Assembly (NCBI GenBank): GCA_965230975.1
Contig: OZ246402.1
Coordinates: 165,771-229,770 of the forward strand
Length of the DNA stretch: 64,000 bases
From: an uncultured Candidatus Saccharibacteria bacterium
GTDB taxonomy: Bacteria; Patescibacteriota; Dojkabacteria; J137
Direction: 5' to 3'
Translations under genes and position numbers: made by a program
Shown here: in pieces, positions 29,486-39,138 of the stretch
Numbering within the stretch: the first letter of the stretch is position 1
How the letters are laid out: every line of letters starts with the position of its first letter
The notes under the pieces: generated by a model
The model's database searches: none
Told to the model about the DNA's origin: nothing
What the model saw: the letters and a program-made list of their open reading frames with translations, nothing else

Positions 29486-30092
29486 ACAAGATTTTTAATA
29501 ATTCTGAAAATCTAACCTGAAAAGAAGATGTAAACACTAGATAATCTGTGTCTTCTATGGTGGCCGGTATTGCAAGTACACCAAGGCTATTACAAATTAC
29601 AGATGATCTTACCGCTATATCGGGGTTAGCAATAATAATTGTTTTTTGATCTGTATTATTATTTATTATATCTTTGCAAATATCTAAAATACTTGTATTG
29701 TCTAATTTAAACTCAACACGATTTATTGGGAACTTTTTAATAATGCTTTTTAAAGTTTCTGGTTGCCTTTCGCTTAAAGAATATATTTTTGCATTTGTAA
29801 ACTTTCTATTCTCATAACCTTTATCTAAAAAAGCTAAAAGCAAATTATCGTTTTCATTATAAACGTCTAAAATTACAGTGGCTTGCTTGTATTCAGAAGG
29901 TACCTTTGAAATATCATTAATTAACTTACTTTCATAACCACCAAAAACTGCTAAATAAATAATTGCAATAAGAGATATAGAAATTATTGTTATTATAAAA
30001 ATACCCTTGAATAAAAAAAGCAGACTAAGTCTTTTTTTAGTGCCAACCTCTGCTCTGCTTTTTAATCTTCTTAAGTAAAATTTCTTTCTCAT
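29457..30092 (-). CDS. membrane-anchored hypothetical protein, possibly degenerate SanA/YdcF (DUF218)-like
   Basis: TM helix then INDISKVP, DNTSILDIC and RSSVICNSLGV resemble the SanA layout, without catalytic motifs. Confidence 0.45.
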   Translation of the reverse strand: MRKKFYLRRLKSRAEVGTKKRLSLLFLFKGIFIITIISISLIAIIYLAVFGGYESKLINDISKVPSEYKQATVILDVYNENDNLLLAFLDKGYENRKFTNAKIYSLSERQPETLKSIIKKFPINRVEFKLDNTSILDICKDIINNNTDQKTIIIANPDIAVRSSVICNSLGVLAIPATIEDTDYLVFTSSFQVRFSELLKILFDQLEKSPT

Positions 30093-30778
30093 CTTTTTTT
30101 ATAAACTCTGTAAATATTTTCAGTGTTGTCTCTGCCATCTGCATTAAAAGAATCAATTAAGGTTAAATTGGATTCTGACTCAAGCTTTTCTATCTCTTGT
30201 AAATTTGTAAAATGACAAAATCGAGCATTTTCTGTAGAGCCAAAACTCATTAAGAAGTCGTTTTCCTGTTCAAGTTTTTTAATCTTTTTTTGATATCTAT
30301 CATAGTTTAAAAACTGCCAGTAAGTTACTACTGCAACGCCACTATGCGAAAGGCTTTCACTTATTTGGTTCAAAAAATATAATCGATTTTGATAGTTAGA
30401 AAGGTGGTGTTGAATTCCAAATGCTACAACTAGATCAAAATCTTTCTGGAGTAAAACCCAGTTTTGATTGTCTAAGTCTACTTTTAAAACTTTTGCGCCA
30501 AGATTTTTTGCTTGTGATAAAAGCAGGTTAGAATAATCTAAGCCTAAATATTCAAAGGATTTAGTATTTTCTTGAGCGAATTTAAAAAACCTCCCGTTGC
30601 CACAACCTAAATCCAAAACTTTGTAAGAATCACTTTTGTTAACAAAACCTCTGTTTACCAATTCAATCCAGCCAGTCCACGGAGCTGTTCGGGTTTTAGA
30701 AAACTCCTCTGCCTGAGTTGTGTAAAGTGATCCAACTTTGGCTTGGAGTTGATTTGTATTTTGATCTGGTTCTTGCAT
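30089..30778 (-). CDS. class I SAM methyltransferase, Trm9/ALKBH8-like
   Basis: AEEFSKTRTAPW, VLDLGCGNGRF, GLDYS, FDLVVAFGIQHHL..R, VVTYW, RFCHF, ENIYRVYKKR. Confidence 0.75.
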   Translation of the reverse strand: MQEPDQNTNQLQAKVGSLYTTQAEEFSKTRTAPWTGWIELVNRGFVNKSDSYKVLDLGCGNGRFFKFAQENTKSFEYLGLDYSNLLLSQAKNLGAKVLKVDLDNQNWVLLQKDFDLVVAFGIQHHLSNYQNRLYFLNQISESLSHSGVAVVTYWQFLNYDRYQKKIKKLEQENDFLMSFGSTENARFCHFTNLQEIEKLESESNLTLIDSFNADGRDNTENIYRVYKKR

Positions 30779-30868
30779 CCATTCATTTTATCAGTTTGAA
30801 AGTAAAAGTTACATGGATATGTTTATGTAAAGATATCTTTTGACAATATATATGAATGTTGATAATAT

Positions 30869-31117
30869 ATGTTTATGAAAGTATCCAAGCTTCCACCAAT
30901 AGAGGTAGACATTAAAGAGTTAGAAAAATTTAAAATTCTTACAAAGCAAGAAGGTGAAAGTATGTCAAAAGTTATTCGCAAAATGATTTCTGATTACAAT
31001 AAGTCTAAATTGGGAAGAGCTACTAAAAAAGGACTTTGGGAGGAATATCAAATTAAAATTAAGTCTACGGGTGTAACAAGCACTAATTATAAAGATTTTT
31101 TATATGGTAGTGCTTGA
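30869..31117 (+). CDS. putative antitoxin (ribbon-helix-helix/CopG-like)
   Basis: Small basic ORF (GESMSKVIRKMI) overlapping the downstream PIN gene. Confidence 0.7.
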   Translation: MFMKVSKLPPIEVDIKELEKFKILTKQEGESMSKVIRKMISDYNKSKLGRATKKGLWEEYQIKIKSTGVTSTNYKDFLYGSA

Positions 31118-31589
31118 TACTTCTTTTGTTATTGCTGCTCTCTCGGTAGAAGATCCATTTCATTTAGAATCTGTTGAAACCTTGGTACGTTTAGAATCAC
31201 AAGGTGAAATATTTGTAATTAATAATTTTGTTGTTGCAGAACTACTTACCTTGGCAAATTTAAGATTTAAATCTTATAAAGCTTCGATTGTAAAATATAC
31301 TACTGACTTATTTGAAAATAACTTACACAATTCAATTTATAAATTTATTGATGAAGGCTTATTTACAAAATCTTTTGTTTTATCAAAAGAATCAAAGATA
31401 TCTTTTACAGACTGTACAGTTATTTTAACTGCACTGCAATATAAGTCTGCAACACTTTTAAGTCATGATGTGCAATTAACTAAAATGTACTCAAATCTAA
31501 CCTTGGGTAAGGCTAAGTTATCGGGATATTTGTTAAACGATAAATCAACTAAACAATACTCTGCTAATAAAAGAAAAAAGTTTTCATAA
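31104..31589 (+). CDS. PIN-domain (VapC-like) toxin
   Basis: VVLDTSFVIA, DPFH, VVAELLT, ISFTDC, LLSHD acidic PIN residues. Confidence 0.85.
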   Translation: MVVLDTSFVIAALSVEDPFHLESVETLVRLESQGEIFVINNFVVAELLTLANLRFKSYKASIVKYTTDLFENNLHNSIYKFIDEGLFTKSFVLSKESKISFTDCTVILTALQYKSATLLSHDVQLTKMYSNLTLGKAKLSGYLLNDKSTKQYSANKRKKFS

Positions 31590-31698
31590 AACGTTACTTT
31601 TTGTTACAACTGAATACATTCGATACTTCATTTTACATCGAGAAGTCCCAATAACAGCAGTTCGTAGTTGGGATATCTAATATGTTAAAATTACCATC

Positions 31699-33492
31699 GT
31701 GAAAAGATATTCGTTTTTACCACAAAACTATAAGATAGAGCTTAAAAGCATTTATTCAGAGCTATTAAAAGTAGATCCATACTCTGACAAAGAGTTAGAT
31801 AAGATTTTAAAAAAACACCCAAAAGATAAAAGCGATATTTTTAGCAGAGATAACTTAATTAAAGGAATTGAATACTTTATAGAAAATTCTTTTGATTTTG
31901 AAGAAGAGGAGCTTTTGGCTTTAATTCCAAAAATTAAAATGAAGCCAACAAGAACAATTTCCGGAGTCACTACAGTAACTGTTTTAACAAAACCATTTGC
32001 GTGCCCTGGGCAGTGTGTATTTTGCCCAAATGATGTTCGAATGCCTAAAAGCTATATTGCAACAGAACCAGGTGCACAAAGAGCTTTAATGAATCGATTT
32101 AGTCCATATTTCCAGGTTAGCAATAGACTTAAAGCTTTAAAAAATATTGGCCATCCTACAGATAAAATTGAACTTTTAATTTTAGGGGGGACTTGGTCAT
32201 ATTATCCAAAAAAATATCAAATTTGGTTTATTAAAGAATGTTTTAGGGCAATGAATGAATTTGGTGTAAAAGAGGTGAATTCTGCAAATTCAATGATCGA
32301 TATTTCTGAATACTTAAAAGTTGATTATAACCAAGAATTAAGAAAAGAAACTGGCGATAAGCCTTACAATCAATTAATTCAAACACCAAAATTTAAAGCT
32401 GATTTTGATAAATATATAGAAAAAGAAGACTACGAAGGTAAGGGCTTAAAAGAGTTATGGGAAGATTTGGTAAAAGAGCAAGATATTAATAGTAGTTGTA
32501 AAACAAGGTGTGTTGGGTTGGTTTTAGAAACAAGACCGGATTCTATTACTGCCCAAGAGGTTTTTGATTTAAGAAGACTTGGAGCCACAAAAATACAACT
32601 TGGAATTCAAACTTTAGACGATAAAATAAGTGACTTAAACAAACGTGGAGAACACAGAGAAGAGACATCTTTAGCCTTCAATTTATTAAGAAAAGGTGGT
32701 TTTAAAATTCATGCGCATATAATGCCAAACTTGTACGGAGCAACTCCAGAAATTGATTTAAGGGTGTACAAAGAGCTTTTTGATGACCCAAATTACAAGC
32801 CAGATGAATTAAAAATTTATCCAACCTCAATTATTAAAAATACAGAACTTTACACTTTGTGGCAAGAAGGCAAATATACACCCTACACTACTCAAGAATT
32901 AGTAGATTTATTAGCAGATTGCATAGAATACACTCCTGAATACTGTAGACTTACAAGAATCATTAGAGATATTCCATCTACAGAAATAGAAGATGGTAAC
33001 AAAACTACAAATTTAAGAGAGGTTGCAGAATTTAAGCTTAAAAAAGAAGGTCGAAAGAATAGTAATATTAGAGCCAGAGAAATTCGAGATAAAAAAGTTA
33101 CTATGAAAGATTTAACACTCGACATTATAGAATACTCTACTGCGATTTCCACGGAGTATTTTTTACAATACATAACAACCTCTCGGGAAATCGCAGGGTT
33201 TTTACGGCTTTCAATTCCAAAATCTAACAAAAACGATATTACTGCAGAATTAGACAACTCTGCAATTATTAGAGAAGTTCATGTTTACGGCCCAAGTTTA
33301 GAATTAGACAAAGACTCAATTGGCGAAGCTCAGCACTTGGGCCTTGGTACAAAATTAATAGAAAAAGCAAAATTAATAACTAAAGATCATGGCTTTAGAA
33401 ATTTAGCAGTAATCTCTAGCATAGGAACAAGAGAATATTATCAAAAAAGAGGATTTGAATTAAAGGAATATTATCAAGTTGCAAAGTTATAG
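31699..33492 (+). CDS. elp3: tRNA uridine(34) acetyltransferase Elp3 (radical SAM + KAT)
   Basis: RTISGVTTVTVLTKPFACPGQCVFCP, PKSY..EPGAQRA, ETRPD, RIIRDIP, IREVHVYG, QHLGLGTKL, VISSIGTREYYQKRGF. Confidence 0.93.
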   Translation: MKRYSFLPQNYKIELKSIYSELLKVDPYSDKELDKILKKHPKDKSDIFSRDNLIKGIEYFIENSFDFEEEELLALIPKIKMKPTRTISGVTTVTVLTKPFACPGQCVFCPNDVRMPKSYIATEPGAQRALMNRFSPYFQVSNRLKALKNIGHPTDKIELLILGGTWSYYPKKYQIWFIKECFRAMNEFGVKEVNSANSMIDISEYLKVDYNQELRKETGDKPYNQLIQTPKFKADFDKYIEKEDYEGKGLKELWEDLVKEQDINSSCKTRCVGLVLETRPDSITAQEVFDLRRLGATKIQLGIQTLDDKISDLNKRGEHREETSLAFNLLRKGGFKIHAHIMPNLYGATPEIDLRVYKELFDDPNYKPDELKIYPTSIIKNTELYTLWQEGKYTPYTTQELVDLLADCIEYTPEYCRLTRIIRDIPSTEIEDGNKTTNLREVAEFKLKKEGRKNSNIRAREIRDKKVTMKDLTLDIIEYSTAISTEYFLQYITTSREIAGFLRLSIPKSNKNDITAELDNSAIIREVHVYGPSLELDKDSIGEAQHLGLGTKLIEKAKLITKDHGFRNLAVISSIGTREYYQKRGFELKEYYQVAKL

Positions 33493-34194
33493 GTTCCACA
33501 TATGGTTAAACCTAGTTTTGGCTAAGTCTACTAGGTGCTTATCAAAAATTTCTAATATTGAAGGCGAGTTATTAATGCACATTATTAATACAGAAGTATC
33601 GTTAATATTAGCCATTAAATTTACATTAAAGTTTTTGATTTGTTTGACCTCTCTTAGATTATCTCCAGGATTTTCTGCATGAATTGTATGGTCTGTAGCA
33701 CATGCAATTATTTTGGCGGGTAAGTGATTTTTTATTCTAGGCTTAATATAAAGTTCTTTATCGATTTTTTCAGGATAATATTTTCTAAATAAGTCATGAC
33801 TCCCTATAAACTTAACTTCTTTTGAAGATTTATATAATGTTTGGGTGCATTTTTCAATGAAGTTGTTTTCTCCTTCTGAGTAACTAAATTCTGTAATTGG
33901 GCTAACTGTATTTCCAAAAATTGCAGACAGTGATTCTAGATAGGGTTCAAGGCTTTTTTTGAAAATTGATGAGTTAAGATTTGTCTCTATTCCTAAAAGC
34001 TTAGAAGTCTCAAAAAAGTCCAGCTCCAAAAATTCTGCAATTTTAAAAAGTGTTTCCTTTGTGGGGTTTATTCTACCGTTCTCAATTCTAGATATTGTTC
34101 CTGTTGAGGCGTTTATTGCTAACTCAAGATCTAGTTGAGATACTCCCTTATTTAGTCTGTATTTTTTTAAAGCTAGTGCGGTATTCATATTCAA
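33487..34194 (-). CDS. XRE-family HTH regulator with C-terminal TrmB-like sensor domain
   Basis: YRLNKGVSQLDLE...TISRIENGRINPTKETL; C-terminus RIKNHLPAKII...REVK...FNHMW. Confidence 0.75.
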   Translation of the reverse strand: MNMNTALALKKYRLNKGVSQLDLELAINASTGTISRIENGRINPTKETLFKIAEFLELDFFETSKLLGIETNLNSSIFKKSLEPYLESLSAIFGNTVSPITEFSYSEGENNFIEKCTQTLYKSSKEVKFIGSHDLFRKYYPEKIDKELYIKPRIKNHLPAKIIACATDHTIHAENPGDNLREVKQIKNFNVNLMANINDTSVLIMCINNSPSILEIFDKHLVDLAKTRFNHMWNL

Positions 34195-34238
34195 TATCGT
34201 TTTGGGTATTATAAATCCGCCTGATGGTTTATTACAAG

Positions 34239-34532
34239 TTAGTGTGCACTAACTTTGATTAAAGATTTAACTATTGAGGCATTTCTAATAAGATAATTTA
34301 TCTCATCTTCTGAAATCGAAATGCCTAATAACTCTGCTTTCTCTAAAAAGTTTAAATTAAGCACCTCGGCAATTTTAAGAAGAGTTTCTTTAGAAGGGTT
34401 AACAAACCCATTCTCTATTCTGCTTATAGAGCCGGTAGAAGCGCCAATGCTTAGTTCGAGTTGAAGTTGGCTTACATTAGCTCTTATTCTATATTTCCTT
34501 AACTTGTTCCCAATTTTTATAAAATGCTCCAT
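34239..34532 (-). CDS. XRE-family HTH regulator
   Basis: YRIRANVSQLQLELSIGASTGSISRIENGFVNPSKETL, nearly identical to the HTH of the neighbouring gene. Confidence 0.85.
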   Translation of the reverse strand: MEHFIKIGNKLRKYRIRANVSQLQLELSIGASTGSISRIENGFVNPSKETLLKIAEVLNLNFLEKAELLGISISEDEINYLIRNASIVKSLIKVSAH

Positions 34533-34643
34533 GGCTACTGATTTAATAGCTGTATTATATATTGTATTCAGATTTATGTTTGTGTTATAGATTTTGTAAC
34601 AGATATATTAAGCCAGATGTGGTTGTGCTGATTAGCCTTGTGA

Positions 34644-35462
34644 GTGCTTGCTTTTAAGGGTATAATCCTTTGTGAATTTAGTTATGTTTATTTTGACATG
34701 ACATCAAAAAAGTTATTGTCGCTTTTAAATGATTACGGACTTTCAAATAATGAATCCAAAGTTTATATTGGATTGCTTAAGTACGGCCACTCTACCGTAA
34801 TGGAGTTAAGTAATAGAATTAGAATGAATCGGTCTACAACTCATTTGGCTGTAAATGAATTGATATCTAAGGGACTTGTTTCTCAGACCAAATATGGTGA
34901 GAGAAGAATCTTGATACCTGAATCACCTGAAAAAATACAGCTGTTAGTAGAAAGTGAAAAGCTAAATATTAAGAGGAAAGAAGAGGGATTGTCTGTTCTA
35001 ATAGATAGTATTTATGAACAAATTCACTCTGCAAAAACCAGCACAGAATTTGTTGTTAAATATATTGAAGGTCGAGAATCAGTTTCGGTTCTGTATGACT
35101 CTATTTTAGAGTCTAAAGAAATTAGAGCCTATTATAACTTCAAAGCTTTGACTACAATGTTTCCTGAAAATGGAGAAAAATTCTTGCAAGCAGGATTAAA
35201 AGGCGTAAAAGTTTGGGATATTATTGCAGATGGAGACTCCGGTTCGCTAATGTGGAACCATAAAATGTATTCTCAAACAGAAAATGTAAAATTTAAACTT
35301 CTTCCAGAAAGGATAGATATGGGTTTTATGGATTATCTGATATATGAGAATAGAATTGCAATGGTCTACTTTGAAGATGTGCCTAAGGCTATTCTAATTT
35401 CCAATCCGTTGCTTTCTGCCAATGCAAAAGCTTTGTTTGATTTGATGTGGGGGTTTCTCTAG
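34644..35462 (+). CDS. TrmB family transcriptional regulator
   Basis: YGLSNNESKVYIGLL...RSTTH...LISKGLVS...PEK...FDLMW; likely start MTSKK at 34698. Confidence 0.85.
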   Translation: MLAFKGIILCEFSYVYFDMTSKKLLSLLNDYGLSNNESKVYIGLLKYGHSTVMELSNRIRMNRSTTHLAVNELISKGLVSQTKYGERRILIPESPEKIQLLVESEKLNIKRKEEGLSVLIDSIYEQIHSAKTSTEFVVKYIEGRESVSVLYDSILESKEIRAYYNFKALTTMFPENGEKFLQAGLKGVKVWDIIADGDSGSLMWNHKMYSQTENVKFKLLPERIDMGFMDYLIYENRIAMVYFEDVPKAILISNPLLSANAKALFDLMWGFL

Positions 35463-35651
35463 ATTAGTAGCCAATAGACCGTCCCTATAGTGCGTGTAGA
35501 TCGTTAATTTGCTATAATTACAACAGGCTTTGATATCCCATTATGGTATATTGTTAGGGTTAGATGAAGGTAGCTTATTGTGAATTTGTAATCAAATATT
35601 ATTTAAAATAAAGAAATTTCGCTTGATCAAAATTTAGGGGCTTCTGGTTAT

Positions 35652-37007
35652 ATGTATTATCAAAAAATTTTATTACATTCTAGGGACAAAGTTAAGTTAG
35701 ATAAAATTCGGGAAAGACTTCGTTCATCTGGGGGTGGTATTTATAAAGGAATTATTCCTAGCAAGGAATGGTTTTCTACAAATATAGGTGAAGGCTATGA
35801 AAGAGTTATACTTGCTTCAGACGGTATTGAGAGTTTGAGTTTTAGGGATTTCACGGTGTTAGGTGGTTGGTGTGCTATTCGTACTAACGATATGTTAAAT
35901 ATAAACGAAGGTAAGCTTAGTAATCTAGAGAGGAACACAACATATAATTACTCTTCTCCATCTGAGGTGTCAGAGTGGGTCTTAAATGCAGTTTCTATTG
36001 ATCAAATTGTTGAGGCTGTTGGTACCTACAAGGGTTGTAAATATACTGTGATCTCTGAACAGCGTCTTTGGGGAGATCGCCTTCAGCAGTCTGTTGAGGC
36101 TCACTTGGGTCGAAGTCTCACAAATGTTGAATCTGAACAGCTTAAATCAGCTGTAGTTAATTCGGAGTTAAAAAGGAAGATTATTACTCAGAAATATCTT
36201 GATAAGGTGACTGGACAAAAGAATTCTTTGAAAGTTGTTATTGATACTGACATATTCGAGGATCTTGTTAGAGAAAGGAATATCTTGTTAGAAAAAGTTT
36301 CGGTTACCATGAAAGACTTAGCTATGCCTATATACTTAAATCGAGTAAAGTCTGGTGCTGATCACCATGATGTGGAGAATATATTAGAGCAGAATATAAT
36401 GAAGGACTTGGTGTCATACATTGATAGTTATAGTTTGGTTTGGTTTATGTATACAGGTCCTTACCTTGAACTTTTAAAATCAAAAGGGTATGTTGATACT
36501 GAAAAGGCAGTGATAATTGAACCTTGGTCGCATGCCTCTAGCAATGAATCAGAGAGTCTTTTTAATCAAAGAGTTTTTGAGCAATTTGGCATTAATAATT
36601 ACTTAGATCCAAATGGATTTAACCGTAATTTAGGATTTATCGCTATGGATGAAGTCGCTTCTTTCTCTTGGAAAAAAATTCGATCAAGCGAGCCTATTTC
36701 TAAGGTTCCGAATTTGAAAAACTATAAAAACTACACTGCTACTTTGTCTCGATCTGCTACTAGGGGTGAGTTAGATTTGTCAAAAAATCAAATATTTCTC
36801 GACGCAGTTAACTACTATCCGTTTAATGAAAACCTGCAATTGATAAAAAAGATGATTGAGGTTAGGGAAGACTGGTTGAATCTTAAGTCTACTTTGTTTG
36901 ACAAGGATATTTCAAATAGAAAACAAGACTTTAGAGTCAAAATGAAATCCCTGGAAGATCTTGTAATTGATCAACTCAGGGATTTTTTTGATTGTATCTT
37001 TGATTAA
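35652..37007 (+). CDS. hypothetical protein (alpha/beta, possible enzyme)
   Basis: 451-aa ORF flanked by regulators; no confident family. Confidence 0.7.
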   Translation: MYYQKILLHSRDKVKLDKIRERLRSSGGGIYKGIIPSKEWFSTNIGEGYERVILASDGIESLSFRDFTVLGGWCAIRTNDMLNINEGKLSNLERNTTYNYSSPSEVSEWVLNAVSIDQIVEAVGTYKGCKYTVISEQRLWGDRLQQSVEAHLGRSLTNVESEQLKSAVVNSELKRKIITQKYLDKVTGQKNSLKVVIDTDIFEDLVRERNILLEKVSVTMKDLAMPIYLNRVKSGADHHDVENILEQNIMKDLVSYIDSYSLVWFMYTGPYLELLKSKGYVDTEKAVIIEPWSHASSNESESLFNQRVFEQFGINNYLDPNGFNRNLGFIAMDEVASFSWKKIRSSEPISKVPNLKNYKNYTATLSRSATRGELDLSKNQIFLDAVNYYPFNENLQLIKKMIEVREDWLNLKSTLFDKDISNRKQDFRVKMKSLEDLVIDQLRDFFDCIFD

Positions 37008-37009
37008 GT

Positions 37010-37780
37010 TTACGCTAGTAATTCCCACATGGATTGGTGAAGTGCTTTCAAACTCTCTGCGATAAGCTTGCTAGTTATTAATGTAGCACTAATGCTATCC
37101 TTTTCTAGTTGAATTAAAGCGGCGTGCTCCTCAAATACCAGGATATCTACTCCTGCAAAAAACTTTGAAGCAGGAAGAAATCGTTTGTGATATCTTTTTT
37201 GGCTATTAGTTACCTCTCTAGCTAGTGGTGAATCTAGGGCTATATCCCAAACGTTTCTTGCAGGATTCATATCAAATGCTTTGGTAAAAAGATTTTCTGA
37301 GCCTGGGAAGATCTCGTAGTATTTATCTAGGTTTACAAAAGAGTAAACTTCTGTAGACTTAAGACTAAGTTCATATACATACTTAACTTCTTTTTCCCCT
37401 TGGTAATATTTCACTTCGACTGAGGTGTTCTCTTTCGCTGTAGGTACTGTATCATAAATTGCTTTTACAATATCTGGCATGTTGTCTTCTAGTTTTTTCA
37501 TATCCCATCTCTTTTGTTCCATTAAGAACTCAAGTTTTTTAGGATCCTCTGCAACTACCATTCTTCTTTCTCCGTAGTTTGTTTGGCTTACTAAACCTTT
37601 CTTAATTAATTCTTCGACAGTGTTATGTGTCGTTGACCTTTTAATGCCAGTTTCTCTGGCCAAATTCATAATTGTATTGGGACCAGTTTTTAGTAACGTT
37701 AAATAAACAGTAATCTCCTTATCTGTTAAGCCAAAGTCAATTAAGAAGTTCTTTACTGGCTTGTCGATTTTAGTAGCCAT
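37010..37780 (-). CDS. TrmB family transcriptional regulator
   Basis: FGLTDKEITVYLTLL...IKRSTTH..VEELIKKGLVSQTNYGERR; paralog of 34644..35462. Confidence 0.88.
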   Translation of the reverse strand: MATKIDKPVKNFLIDFGLTDKEITVYLTLLKTGPNTIMNLARETGIKRSTTHNTVEELIKKGLVSQTNYGERRMVVAEDPKKLEFLMEQKRWDMKKLEDNMPDIVKAIYDTVPTAKENTSVEVKYYQGEKEVKYVYELSLKSTEVYSFVNLDKYYEIFPGSENLFTKAFDMNPARNVWDIALDSPLAREVTNSQKRYHKRFLPASKFFAGVDILVFEEHAALIQLEKDSISATLITSKLIAESLKALHQSMWELLA

Positions 37781-37854
37781 TTTAAAATAATAATAAGTAA
37801 TTTGTCAGATTTTTTTAGAAATCGCTAAATTATAACATTTTTTAAAGCGCGAAA

Positions 37855-37888
37855 TCAAATACCCACAAAATAATTCGCGGGTATTTGA
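37855..37888 (-). terminator. probable terminator after rpsG
   Basis: TCAAATACCC...GGGTATTTGA inverted repeat. Confidence 0.55.
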
Positions 37889-37914
37889 AATCGACAGCTT
37901 TGGGATTCTTGTTA

Positions 37915-38382
37915 TTATGCAAATTGAGCAAAAGCTTTGTTTGCCTCTGCCATTCTTTGAACCTCGTCTTTTTTCTTAATTGCAGTACCTTCTTTGTTAT
38001 AAGCATTCATAAGTTCATGGGATAATACAACCCAAAACTCTGTATTTTTTCTAGCATTTCTTGCAGCATCAATAATCCATCTACTTGCAAGAGCCAACTG
38101 TCTGTTAGCGCTTACTTGTACTGGAACTTGAAAGTTAGAACCACCTACTCTTCTAGATCTAACCTCTACCTTTGGTTTAACATTTTCTATTGCTTTTTCA
38201 AAAGCTTCTATTCCTGTGGTTTTTGTCTTTTTTTGTAAATCTTCTATTGCATTGTAAACAATAGTTTGAGCAATGCTCTTTTTACCATCTATCATTAAAT
38301 AATTTGTGAATTTAGAAACTAATTCACTATTGTAAATACCATCTGGTTGTATCTCTCTCTTTGGTGACTGTTTACCTCTCAT
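37915..38382 (-). CDS. rpsG: 30S ribosomal protein S7
   Basis: MIDGKKSIAQ, VEVRSRRVGGSNFQVP, RMAEANKAFA. Confidence 0.98.
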   Translation of the reverse strand: MRGKQSPKREIQPDGIYNSELVSKFTNYLMIDGKKSIAQTIVYNAIEDLQKKTKTTGIEAFEKAIENVKPKVEVRSRRVGGSNFQVPVQVSANRQLALASRWIIDAARNARKNTEFWVVLSHELMNAYNKEGTAIKKKDEVQRMAEANKAFAQFA

Positions 38383-38544
38383 TTGTGTATTTTAATAAAT
38401 AATTAAGAATTAAAAAATCTAAGTTTTAAATTCACTTTGGTAGCCCAAAATTACTATTCTTAACCTCGAATTTTTGACTTTGACTATATAGCCAAATTAT
38501 AAACATACCGTTTTTAAACGGCATGTCTATTATTTGATTACAGT

Positions 38545-39006
38545 TTATTTAGACTTTTCTCCTGCCTTTGGCTTCTTTCTACCGTATCTACTTCTTGCTT
38601 GTCTTCTAGATTCTACTGGAGCAGAATCGTAAACACCTCTTACAATTTGGTATTTTACACCTGGCAAGTCTGGTCTTCTTCTTGCTTTTACTAAAACAAC
38701 TGAGTGTTCTTGCAAGTTGTGACCTTCACCAGGAATGTATGCTGTTACAATTTGCTTGTTAGATAATCTTACTCTGGCAATTTTTCTTAAAGCAGAGTTA
38801 GGTTTTCTAGGAGTCATTGTTTTTACAGCAACACAAACGCCTCTTTTAAAAGGATTTTCCTTTTTGTAGTAGGTATTTTTAACTGCGTTGTAATTGAATT
38901 GCAATGCTTTGTATTTGATAGTTTCAGAAAAAAGCAAACCCTTGAATCTAGTTTGTCCTTTCTTTGGTTTTCTACCAGTTTTTACTAATTGTGATACTCT
39001 TGACAT
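38545..39006 (-). CDS. rpsL: 30S ribosomal protein S12
   Basis: [38 protein letters not shown]. Confidence 0.97.
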   Translation of the reverse strand: MSRVSQLVKTGRKPKKGQTRFKGLLFSETIKYKALQFNYNAVKNTYYKKENPFKRGVCVAVKTMTPRKPNSALRKIARVRLSNKQIVTAYIPGEGHNLQEHSVVLVKARRRPDLPGVKYQIVRGVYDSAPVESRRQARSRYGRKKPKAGEKSK

Positions 39007-39138
39007 ATCTTATTAAGTTTTAAGTTGAAAGTTTTAAGCTTTAAGTTTAAATAACTTTAACTTAATTCTTTACTCTAAATAAATTAATTAATATTTAGTA
39101 GGCTTACTTGGTATTACCCTTTCAGCCTACGCAAATTC

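Noticed and set aside
39010-39070. Short TTAAG(T/C)TT repeats between rpoC and rpsL
   Set aside because: Low-complexity AT-rich sequence without a repeat-spacer pattern; not CRISPR
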